Shown piece after piece: positions 36,243-48,600 of a DNA stretch of 64,000 nt. The notes beneath the pieces are model-generated. The model searched no databases, was not told the DNA's origin, and saw only the letters and a program-made list of their open reading frames with translations. Positions within the stretch are counted from its first letter, which is position 1; each line of letters starts with the position of its first letter. Origin of the DNA: Isurus oxyrinchus (taxonomy: Eukaryota); contig JANJGN010000009.1 of NCBI GenBank assembly GCA_026770705.1, forward strand, positions 164,114,001 through 164,178,000. Reading direction: 5' to 3'. Position numbers and translations under genes: made by a program.

Positions 36243-36621
36243 NNNNNNNNNNNNNNNNNNNNNNNNNNNNNNNNNNNNNNNNNNNNNNNNNNNNNNNNNN
36301 NNNNNNNNNNNNNNNNNNNNNNNNNNNNNNNNNNNNNNNNNNNNNNNNNNNNNNNNNNNNNNNNNNNNNNNNNNNNNNNNNNNNNNNNNNNNNNNNNNNN
36401 NNNNNNNNNNNNNNNNNNNNNNNNNNNNNNNNNNNNNNNNNNNNNNNNNNNNNNNNNNNNNNNNNNNNNNNNNNNNNNNNNNNNNNNNNNNNNNNNNNNN
36501 NNNNNNNNNNNNNNNNNNNNNNNNNNNNNNNNNNNNNNNNNNNNNNNNNNNNNNNNNNNNNNNNNNNNNNNNNNNNNNNNNNNNNNNNNNNNNNNNNNNN
36601 NNNNNNNNNNNNNNNNNNNNN
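36243..36621. other. Assembly gap (N run) at the position homologous to the first gap
   Basis: Run of N preceded by the same aatgcacttta. Confidence 1.
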
Positions 36622-37186
36622 CACACAAATATCCTCAATAACCCCACAAACACCGATACGCACAGACAGCAATATCGTCCATCACCCCACACACACACAC
36701 AGAAACCTAAGCACACACAGTAATATCCTCAATCACCCACACACACACACACACATACACACACACACACAAACATAAGCACACACAGTAATATCCTCAA
36801 TCACCCCCACACACACACACACATACACACACACACAAACCTAAGCACACACAATAATATCCTCAATCACCCCCCACACACACACACATACACACACACA
36901 CACACAAACCTAAGCACACACAGTAATATCCTCAATCACCCACACACACACACACACACATACACACACACATACACACACACACAAACATAAGCACACA
37001 TAGTAATGTCCTCAATCACCCCCACACACACACACACATTCACACACACACACACACATACACACACACACACACAAACCTAAGCACACACAGTAATATC
37101 CTCAATCACCCCCACACACACACACATACACACACACACACACACAAACATAAGCACACACAGTAATATCCTCAATTACCACCCAC

Positions 37187-37223
<37 letters not shown>

Positions 37224-37283
37224 GCACACACAAACATAAGCACACACACTAATATCCTCAATCACATACACACACACACAAAC
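36622..37283. repeat. Compound (CA)n minisatellite, unit 2 copy
   Basis: Same unit with a different copy number. Confidence 0.95.
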
Positions 37284-38106
37284 ATGGGAATGCGTGATTC
37301 AGTTCATTGTTGACATTCTTGATCCTCATTTGGCCCTGCAATATATCAGTGCACCAGCAATAAACACCAACAGATAAACGGGAAAAGTAACCAGTTTGGA
37401 CCAGTACTACTTACATCACCAGTATTTCTGGCTGTTCCTACTGGGCGACCGGTAATACCGCTGATATTGACAGTTTTACTGGTCCTACCTAGTTCAGAAC
37501 TGGTCTTCATTTACCAGTTTGGAATTGGGATCTACTGGTGTCAGTATTACAGGGACTTCCTTCTGGGAATGACAATAAATGAATGTGCTTCTCAACTCAC
37601 TGCATTGTCAACCTGAGGTCCATTGCTTTAGACATGTAAGAGTGAAGACTTTACCCATGTGGAACAGATTGCCTTTAGAGGCCTGAGTTTCCTTCCGGTT
37701 TCAATGGTTGAAAACTTTTTGTTGTGTACAGAATGGTGAGGGTGGATGTTCAATCCTAAATGAACGTAGTTCAGTTTCAGCGCAATTCATTAACTCCACA
37801 AATAATTTAACGGTTGATGACCAACGTAAATAAAGAGTTGAACTCTGAAAAAAATGTTTTCAAAGCTGTTGCACCTTGTCATGTAGATGGTGGCTTGAAA
37901 CCACAAGAAAAATGTGCTGCTATTGTTAGGATTGAGGTGTGACAGAAAGCTGTGAATGTACAACAGGTGTTAGTCACAAAATGAAGGGTTGTGTTTGCAA
38001 ATGGGAGAAGAAGAAGAATTGCATTGTTACAGGGCAAACACGTTGGCAGTAAGTGTTTGAAGGTTAAGCAGCTTCAGCTCAGAACAGACACTGAGACACA
38101 TCAGGG

Positions 38107-41100
38107 AGAAGGAAAGTTACCTGGATTCTTTGTGCCAGGAGGCAATCACAGCTCTTAGGACAGGGTGAGTGTGACTGCGAGTGCGGCAGGTAAAGGGACC
38201 CAGAGGGCAGGAGCGCAGGAGCCTCAGCCTTTACAATTGTTCTACAGGTCTGAACTTTTCTCAGCTTGTTTGGACAAGAGCAGCGGGTGAGCAGGGGGGA
38301 TGAGTGAACTGACCATGGCACCATGGCACAGGAAGTCATCCAAGTGGGGGGAGCAAACAGGAATGTAGCGGTAGTGAGGGATAGTATAGTCAGAGGGATT
38401 GACACCGTTCTCTGCAGCAAACAGCGTGAGTCCACACGACCATGTTGCCTGCCCGGTGCCAGGGTGTGGGATGTCGGCTCGGGGCTGGGGAGGAACTTGC
38501 ATTGGGAGGGGGAGCACCCAGTCATCGTGGTCCATGTAAGCACCAACGACATAGGCAGCACAGAGAAGGAGATTCTGCACAATCAATATGAGGAATGAGG
38601 CACCAGATTAAGAAGCAGAACCACAAAGGTCATAACCGATGGATTATTACCTGAGCCATGTGCAAATTGCCACAGGACCAATCAGACTCAGGAGGTGAAT
38701 GTGGCTCAAAGGCTGGTGTGGAAGAAGTGGGTTCTGGTTTGTAGGGCACAAGAACCAGTACTGGGGAAAGTGGGATCTGTACCATTGGGATGGTCTACAC
38801 CTGAACCGTGCTGGGACCAGTGTTCTTGCAAGCCACATAACTAGGGAAGTAGAGAGGGTTTTAAACTAAATAGTGGACAACAGATCATATTTGGGATAAT
38901 GTTGTAATTCAAGGAGCAGAAACAAGTCAAAAGATAAAGGTATTATTAGGAAAAATGAAAAACAGACACTGACAAGGGGGGATAGAGAGAACAAATCTAA
39001 CAGTAAATCAACAGATGAAACTGAAGGGTATAAAAAGCATAAAAGGATAAAACTAAAAGCTCTGTATCTGAATGCACGTAGCATTCAAAACAAAACAGAT
39101 GAACTGAGAGCGCACATAGAAATCAATAATTACAATTTGATAGCCATTACGGAGACTTGGCTGCAGGAGGACATGGATTGGGATGTGAATATTGAAGGGT
39201 ACAGGGTACTTAGGAAGGATAGGAAGCGAGGAAAAGGTGTAGCGGTGGCTCTGTTAGTGAATGATGGTATTAGTACAAGAGAGGAAGAAATAATTGGAGC
39301 TTGTCAGAAAGTCATGGTGATAATCATGGGAGACTTTAATTTACATATAGACTGGAAAAGTCAGATGGGCAAAGATAGCCTAACGGAGGAGTACATTGAA
39401 TGTTTTCAAGATAGTTTCTGAGCGCGGGATGTTCTGGATTCAGCCAGACAGCAGGCAATACTAGACCTGCTATTGTGCAATGAGATGGGAGGAATTAACG
39501 ATCTCATCATGAAGATGCCCCTAGGAAACAATGACCATAATAGGATGAATTTTACATTCAGTTTGAAGGAGAGAGGAGTGGGTCTGAGTCTAAGGCGGGG
39601 ATTTTTGGGCCCTGCTGCTGGTGGGACTCGCTGTGGGGGAGGCAGTTCCCCAGTCAGAAGCCCCACTGACTTGCGACAGGACAGGAAGGGCCGGCGAGCG
39701 GGTGTGGAAAATCCCGCTGTAAGTTTTTAAACTTTAATAAGTGCAATTATAAAGACATGAAAGCTGGGATGGCTAAAGTGAATTGGCAAAATAGGTTAAG
39801 GGACAGGTCAATCGAGATGCAATGGCTCATATTTGAGGGGATATTTCAGAATGCACATTCCAACGAGTAAGAAAAAGTCTAAGTGACGGACACACCATCC
39901 GTGGTTAACTTGAATGTTTAAACATAATATCAAACTCAAAGGAAAAGTATATAATTCTGCAAAGACAGGTGGCAGGTCAGAAGATTGGACAGAATAAAAG
40001 GAACAGAAAAGAATGACTAAAAGACTAATAAGAAGGGAAAATTTAGTTTATGAGAGAAAGGTAGCCAGGAATATAACAACAGATAGGAAGAGTTTTTATA
40101 AGTACGTAAAAAAGAAAAGAGTGAACAAAGTGTGTGCTGGTCCTATAGAAGGTGAGCCTGGAGAATTGATAATGGAAAACAAGGAGATGGCAGATGAATT
40201 GAACAGGCATTTTGCACCAGTCATATTGAAAATGTTAGAAGCTATTATTAAAGAAATTATAGCAGGACACTTGGATAAGGTCATGGTCATCAGGCAGAAT
40301 CAACATGGTTTTGTGAAAGGGAAATCTGTTCAACCAGTTTTTTGGAGTTCTTTGAGGAAGTAACATGTGCTGTGGATAAAGGGAACTGGTGGATTACTGT
40401 ACTGAGGTTTCTAGAAGGCATTTCATAAGTTATTGTGGAAAATAAAAGCTCATGGTATAGGGGGTCACATACTGGTATGGATAGAAAACTGTCTGGCTAA
40501 CAAGAAACAGAGAGTAGGCATGAATGAGTCTTTTTTAGTTTGGCAAGATATAAGAGTGTTGTGGCACAGGGATCATTGCTGGGACCTCAACAGTTTGCAC
40601 TTAATATCAACGACTTGGATGAAGGGTTTGAAGGGATGGTTTCTGAATTTGCTGATGACACAAAAATAGGTAGAAAGTAAGTTGTGAGGGGGACATAAGG
40701 AGGCTACAAAAAGATATAGATAGGTTTAGACAGTGGGCACTGATCTGGAAAATGGAGTATAATGTGGGAAAATGTAAAATTGTCCATTTTGGCAGGAAGA
40801 ATAAAAGAGAAGCATGTTATCTTAATGGTGAGAGATTGCAGAGCTCTGAGGTGCAGAGGGATCTGGCTGTCCTAGTGCATGAATCACAAAAGGTTAGTAT
40901 GGAGATACCGCAAGTAATTAGGAAAGCTGATAGAATGATTTCATTTATTGTGAGGGAGATTGAATTCAAAAGTAGGGAAGTTATTCTTCATCTGCATAGG
41001 GCACTAGTGAGACTACATTTGGAGGACTCTGTACAGTATTGGTCACATTATTTAAGGAAGGATGTAAATGCATTGGAAGCAGTTCAGAGAAGGTTTACCA

Positions 41101-41400
41101 GGCTAATACCAGGAATGGGTGGATTGTCTAATGAGGAAACGTTGGACAGACTAGGCTTCTATCTGCTGGAGTTTAGAAGAGTAAGAGGCGAATTGATTGA
41201 AACATATAAGTTCCTGAGGGGAATTGACAGGGTGAGTGCAGAGAGGATGTTTCCTCTTGTGGGAAAATGTGGGGTCACCAATTTAGAACAGAGATTAGGT
41301 GATTTTTTTTAACTCAGAGGCTCGTGAGTCTTTGGAAATCTCTTCCTGAAAAGGTGGTGAAGGGGAGTCTTCAAATATTTTTAAGGCAGAGGTGGAGTGG
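38107..41400 (+). mobile_element. CR1-clade LINE, unit 2 copy
   Basis: Same motifs (ORFs 38323, 39137, 40013, 40752). Confidence 0.92.
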
Positions 41401-41539
41401 CACAAATCAGCAGTAACTTGTGGCAATTCACGATTCATTGGCTTTTTTCTTCATCGCCAAAAGTTGCTGACTGATTTTCACATTAAAAGAGGTGTTCGTA
41501 GTTCATACCCCATTATATTTTCAGTAAGTTCTAGCCCAT

Positions 41540-42135
41540 TGTTATAGAATTGATTTTCCAGGCAACTTTTCTGGGTGGAAACATTGAACTTTATTTACAA
41601 GACAGCAGCAGCAGCTACATGTGTGTATCTAACTCTATAACTAAAGGACAACTCCCCCATGGAGGTTCCCCATGCTGCAAACTGGTTGGATCACACAGAT
41701 CATGTTCTCTTACCAGAAAGGATTATTCTTAATGTTACAGTCCTACATTGATCAAAACTATAATTATTACATTCCTCACCCTTTACCTTTTCTGTACATT
41801 TGTATTTACAAGGATGTTGATCTCATGACATTAAAATACTTCCACAGGTCATGAAATTATAAGCTTGGTCTTTCAAGTGGTTTCCTGATCCATGTGGAAC
41901 GTTTTAGTTTCACGACCTCAGATTCTCTGACAGGAACCACAGTCTCTGCAATAACATCAGGTACCTCATTAGGCACAGGCAGATCAGTGTCGTCCACTCC
42001 GACAGAGACATCGGGCATGACTATCCTTGGCTGTACAATTTTAACAGGAACCACAGGTTCAACAATGGCTACAATTGGAACATCATTTTGTGGGGTATCT
42101 ACATTCTTTTTAAATCAATCAGATGCTAATGGGTG
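41540..42135 (-). mobile_element. Gypsy-like remnant, unit 2 copy (LTR 41540-41771)
   Basis: Homologous to 6128-6720; ORF 41857-42054. Confidence 0.68.
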
Positions 42136-42592
42136 ATCTACAAAGATTAGCAAATAAAACCAAAATGTTAAGAAATCTCTGTATTCAATTTGACAACTAA
42201 ATTTCAGAAATGAAAAAAATACTTCTGTTCCTGTGGGGTTTGTGGAAATTGGGAGGGGGTTCCTGTTCTAACTCACCTCACAATTCAGTATCAATACTAG
42301 CTCAGCTCATCATTATCCATATGTTCTAACATTTTAACATTCTGGTTTTCAGGATTTTATATCCTCAATGAAAATTAGATTTGTTCTTTTGTTAAATATA
42401 ACTGACAGAAGTTCACGTCCTTAGGGCCAGATTTCATCAGATGCCTTAATATGGCTTCATGACCTGGCTTCCTGCTATCTTCTTCCTCATTTAAATTCCT
42501 TGTATCATTTATATTAGACACTTACTTCGATGTGAGAAACAAGAGCTGAGTGTCTGGAAACAAGTTCTGCCCTGATCTTTGTGAACAAAACG

Positions 42593-42629
42593 ATGTGGAT
42601 TTTGATTCTCCTCATTAGTTCTCTGCCCG
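42593..42629 (+). CDS. Gene 2 exon 1, signal peptide
   Basis: ATGTGGATTTTGATT...CCCG|gtgagt. Confidence 0.85.
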
Positions 42630-45600
42630 GTGAGTGACAGCCAGAGCTGGATATTCCGACAATCTGAGTTGGTTTAACTCTCGTGCGCTGGTTATACAGC
42701 AGATGTTTAAATATTTGGAGACATGCAAAGGCACAAAAGAGGTCTTGGGCACAGTGGGTTGTGTCTCTGTATCTGAGCCAGAAGCTCTGTGTTTGAGTCC
42801 CACTTCAGTTCTTGTTGAGAATGGAAGGCGCGTTCTAACCAGGCCCAACAGGTTGATTATCAACCTGAAAATCTTCCAACAGACCGAAGGCTGGTGGGAA
42901 GAGGGTTTGAGATCCCAGTGCAACATGTTTGATGTGGAGTGGTGCCGCTCATTCTGTTGCCTCCGGAGGTTGTGACCTGTTCCAGGGAAAACAAGCTTTG
43001 GAAAGCAAAAGTAAACATGTGCTTTGTCTGCCGCATCCGTCTCTAGATGTGGGAAGTCTCCTAAGTCTAAAGGCACAAATTAGTCAGCAAAACCAAATGA
43101 ATAATAATTGTGAAATATATTATTACCCTGTGAATTTACTATCACACCATGGGAATAGTTAACAAATAAACTGAACTGCATTATTAATTATGAATGATAA
43201 GTAAAGGAGAATTCAATTTTCAGAAATCTATGCAAGCAACATTTTGAAAATGAAAACCTGTTTTAATTGGTAATTTTCAATATAATCTGATGTCCAGTAT
43301 ACACTGAAAACTGCAGCGGTAATAATCCCACAAATAAAACATGTCCCAAGTTGGCGAATATTTCTGTTTTTTAAAGTACAGTTGATGAAATATTGTGTTA
43401 TGAGGCTCTCTCAGTGACACTGTTCCTCACTGGTAGATGGTTGGTCTACATCACTCTTCTCATAAGTAGCCTTTTCTTGTTCATTCTTTAACTTTAAGAA
43501 ACTTGATTTTCCTCATCACTCAGTATTGCCACCTCTCCATCATTTTCAATGAATGTATTTTATAACACACAATGTTAAACTCCCAGCCCCATCTGCTCTA
43601 AGCCACTACTTTAACTTCCGCAAAATATTTTGTGCCTCTAGCTTATCAATTTTATGCAGAATACTTGATGTACTTATGGACAGGAAACTGAATCATGTTT
43701 CTGTCGGTTTGGCAATCTTCTTCTTTTCAATCCTTCCTCTTTCTGATCTGATCTCTTTCCCATTTGCTTTTCAACTGTAACTTTTCCTGTATCTTTTTCC
43801 TTTTCTTCACTTCTCTCTAGCCATTTAATTATTTTCAATCTCTCTTTTGTTATTTTAGTGCAAACTCTTTCTCCACAGCATGAGTTTCTCTCCCAGCAAG
43901 GCCATTGGTCTCATGAACGTTCAAGTCAAGGCATCCAAATCCCTACCTCAGGAATCCATCCATCCTTCAAGGCCACCTATCACACAACCTCTCAAACCTT
44001 CAAGGCCTTCAAATCCTACCTATGGACATCCCTAACTCATTCAAGATCTGAACACCCCCTCCTGCAAGGACACAAACCTACCCCGCACCCCACCCATCTC
44101 AGATCAGAGCAGGGAACTGTCGGCTCCTGTGACCCCCTCCACACTGCTCCCCAACCAACTGCAAATCAGGCCTGTCAATCAGACTGGTTTCTGGAACCTC
44201 TTGATGATGTCATACGCAGTCTGGGGTTAAACCCTACAGTATGGGGCAGAACCTCAATTTCCAGGTTCCCCACACTCTACCAACCCCTGCCAATAAGTCA
44301 AGAAAATGCCCCAAATATCTCACAAGTAAATCATTGTCTGAGACGTGCTTTGGAACACAGTGAGGCTCTGATAAGTGTCTATATGAATGATTACTCTCAT
44401 CACAAACTTGATGGAATTTAACTCATTAAAATGCATCTGTTTGAATTAAGCAGTTATTTCCAGTTCAGTTTCTCAAATGTTGTCTCCTCAGTTTCAGGTG
44501 CATTGTGGGCAAAAAAAGAAGTAACAGGAGTTGTGGGAAGAGCGATCACAATAGAATGTCACTATGATGCACGTTACAAGTCACATATAAAATATTGGTG
44601 TTGCGGCTGGAGTCGCCAGTGTAATATTTTAGTATTGAAAAATCAGCAAAATGGAAGAATATCGATCACAGATAACAAGGCAACAGGAATATTTATTGTT
44701 ACTATGGTGGATCTTCACTCAAGAGATACAGGATGGTACAGCTGTGGTATTGACAAACCTGGCCTCCTCGATTCAATGTTTGCTGTCTGGCTACAAATAT
44801 CTTACGGTACATTTCTTACTGATTTTCTTTATTATTCTCAACTGAAATGTCTGCTCAATGTTTTATCTGGGAGGAAACATGACAGCTCCGATATCCCGAG
44901 GCTCCACAGCAATGCAGAGACTTAAAGATAAAGGGCAGAGGTCGGGAAATCCAACTCATGTTACCCAAACCCAATTCATGGCCTGTCAAACATGTCAGAG
45001 TTGAACTTTACAAGTGAACTAAACGGAAATTGAGAAGTTGTTTTGATGGTAAAAGAAGCCTCTTTATTAATTGTTGAGACATTGGGCTGGATATTCAGCC
45101 TCAAAGCGGGTAGGGGCAATTCGGAAAATTCCCCGCTCGGCCTTGGAAGAAAGTGCCCACAAAGGTGGGATTTCCATTGCTGGGAGCTGTGCCCAGGCTG
45201 CAGTCTGGCCAGCCACACCAGGAAGAAATGCAGAGGCAGCCACAGGGACTGCCGGCTGCGGAGACGGGCTGTTTCAAAGGCCCCTCCTTAATGCCCTTGG
45301 ACTTTGTAACAGCTAAACTCAAAACACAAAGGCCCTTCACCCCTCACCCCCCACAGCCCACAAAGAGGGTGGGTATAAGGGGAAAATTTGTCATGAGAGT
45401 TCTTGGAGGTGGGTGGAAGTGTACAGCTTGAAGTCAGGAGCATGATGGATTATAAGGCGTGGGTAAAGGGACATAGGGGGCATTAACGGCCAAACGTGAT
45501 GGATGAGGATGTGACTTGACATAGGGGGCATGAGATGGACCTTTTGAACTTAGCTCTTAAAAGGTCCCCTCATGCAAACCAGTGTTTACAGCTCCTCTGA

Positions 45601-48600
45601 GGGGCTTTGGACTACGACTCATTCAAAACCTGGCCCGAGTCCATGAAAATTGCAGAGGAGTCGGACGTGTCTGTCTCCACAATGGAGGCAGCCAGGTTGG
45701 AGTGTAAAAAACAAAAATACAAACAAAAAACTGCGGATGCTGGAAATCCAAAACAAAAAGTAAGAAATACCTGGAAAATCTCAGCAGGTCTGGCAGCATC
45801 GGCGGAGAAGAGCACAGTTGATGTTTCGAGTCCTGATGACCCTTCAACAGAACTAAGTAAAAAGAAGGGAGGGCTGAAATATAAGCTTGTCTAAGGGGTG
45901 GGGGTGGGGGTGCGGGTGGTGAGAAAAGGGGAGAGGTGGTTGTTGGGACAAGCAAGCAGTGATAGGAGGAGATAACCAAAAGATGTCACAGACAAAAGAA
46001 CAAAGAGGTGTTGAAGGTGGTGATATTATCTAAAAGAATGTGCTAATTAAGAACGTATAGCAAGACAAGCAAGGTACAGATAGGTCATGTGGGGGTGGGG
46101 TGAAATAAGACTAAAAGGGCAAAAAATGTATAGATAAATGATCAGTGGAATACATTAAAAATATTGCAAATAGGTGGGAAAAGAAAAATCTATATAAATT
46201 ATTGGAAAAAAGAAAAAGGATGGGGAAGAAATGGAAAGGGGGTGGGGATGGAGGAGGGAGTTCAAGATCTAAAATTGTTGATCTCAATATTCAGTCCGGA
46301 AGGCTGTAAAGTGTCTAGTTGGAAGATGAGGTGCTGTTCCTCCAGTTTGCGTTGAGCTTCACTGGAACATTGCAGTAAGCCAAGGACAGACATGTGGGCA
46401 AGAGAGCAGGGTAGAGTGTTGAAATGGCAAGCGACAGGGAGGTTTGGGTCATTCTCTGCGGACAGACCGCAGGTGTTCTGCAAAACAATCACCCAGTCTG
46501 CGTTTGGTCTTTCCAATGTAGAGGAAACTGCATTGGGAGCAACGAATGCAGTAGACTAAGTTGGGGGAAATGCAAGCGAAATGCTGCTTCACTTGAAAGG
46601 AGCGTTTGGGCCCTTGGACGGTGAGGAGAGAGGAATTGAAGGGGCAGGTGTTGCACCTTTTGCGTGGGCATGGGGAGTTGCCATAGGTGGGGGTTGAGGA
46701 GTAGAGGGTGATGGAGGAGTGGACCAGAGTGCCCCCGAGGGAACGATCCCTATGGAATGCCACCGGGGGGGTGAAAGGAAGATGTGTTTGGTGGTGGCTT
46801 CATGCTGGAGTTGGCGGAAATGGTGGAGGATGATCCTTTGAATGTGGAGGCTGGTGGGGTGATAAGTGAGGACAAGGGGGACCTTATCATGTTTCTGGGA
46901 GGGAGGAGAAGGCGTGAGGGTGGATGCGCGGTAGATGGGCTGGACACTGTTGAGAGCCCTGTCAACGACCGTGGGTGGAAAACCTCAGTTAAGGACGAAG
47001 GAGGACATGTCAGAGGAACTGTTTTTGAAGGTAGCATAATCGGAACAGATGCGACGGAGGCAAAGGAACTGGGAGAATGGGAAAGTGTCCTTACAGGAAG
47101 CGGGGTGTGAGGAGCTGTAGTCGAGGTAGCTGTGGGAGTCGGTGGGTTTGTAATGGATATTGGTGGACAGTCTATCACCAGAGATTGAGACACAGAGGTC
47201 AAGGAAGGGAAGGGAAGTGTCAGAGATGGACCATTTGAAAATGATGGAGGGGTGGAGATTGGAAGCAAAATTAATAAATTTTTCCAGGTCCAAACGAGAG
47301 CATGAAGCGGCACCGAAGTAATCATCGATGTACCGGAGAAAGAGTTGTGGGAGTGGGCCGGAATAGGACTGGAACAAGGAATGTTCCACATACCCCATAA
47401 AGGGACAGGGGCTCATGTGGGTACCCTTAGTCACACCTTTTATTTGGAGGAAGTGAGAGGAGTAAAAGGAGAAATTGTTCAGTGTGAGAACAAGTCCAGC
47501 CAGATGGAGGAGAGTAGTGGTGGATGGGGATTGTTCAGGCATCTGTTCGAGGAAAAAGCTAAGGGCCCTCAGACCATCCTGGTGGGGGATGGAGGTGTAG
47601 AGGGATTGGATGTCCATGGTGAAGAGGAAACAGTTGGGGGCAGGGAACTGGAAATTGTTGATGTGACGTAAGGTGTCAGAGGAATCACGGATGTAGGTGG
47701 GAAGGGACTGGACAAGGGCAGAGAAAAAGGATTCAAGATAACGAGAAATGAGTTCCGTGGGGCAGGAACAGGCTGACACGATCAGTCTGCCGGGACAGTT
47801 CTGTTTGTGGATTTTGGGTAGGAGGTAGAAGCGGGCCGTCCGAGGTTGGGCGACTATCAGGTTGGAAGCTGTGGGAGGAAGATCCCCAGAGGGGATGAGG
47901 TCAGTGACAGTCCTGGAAACAATGGCTTGATGTTCAGTGATGGGGTCATGGTCCATGGAGAGGTCGGAGGAAGTGTCTGCGAATTGACGCTCAGCCTCTG
48001 TGAGGTAGAGGCCAGTGCGCCAGACAACAACAGCACCACCCTTGACAGCGGGTTTGATGACAATGTTGGGGTTGGATCTGAGGGAACGGAGTGCAGTAAG
48101 TCACAAAACAACTGTTTGCTGAAATGCTAAACAAAGATAAATATTGAGATAAAAGCAAAGAACTGCGGATGCTGGAAATGCAAACCAAAGACAGAAATAG
48201 AAATATCTGGAAAAACTCAGCAGGTCTGGCAGCATCGGTGGAGAAGAGCACAGTTGATGTTTCGAGTCCTCATGACCCTTCAACAGAACTAAGTTACAAA
48301 AGGAAAGGGGTGAAGTATAAGCTGGTTTAAGAGGAAGGTGGGTGCGTTGTTGGGACAAGAAGCCAGTAATAGGTGGAGATAACCAAAAGATGTCACAGAC
48401 AAAAGAACAAAGAGGTGTTGAAGGTGGTGATATTTTCTAAAGGAATGTGCTAATTAAGGGTAGAAAGCAGGACAAACAAGGTACAGATAGAACTAGTAGG
48501 GGTGGGGTGGGGTGAAGGAATACTAAAAATTCTAAAAATTAGAGATTAACAGTGGATGGAAATACATTTAAAAATAATGGAAATAGGCGGGAAAAGAAAA

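Noticed and set aside
41894-42136. Ser/Thr-rich + strand ORF as a mucin exon of the receptor
   Set aside because: It is the antisense frame of the Gypsy pol tail, lies upstream of the leader exon, and is interrupted by TGA in unit 1.
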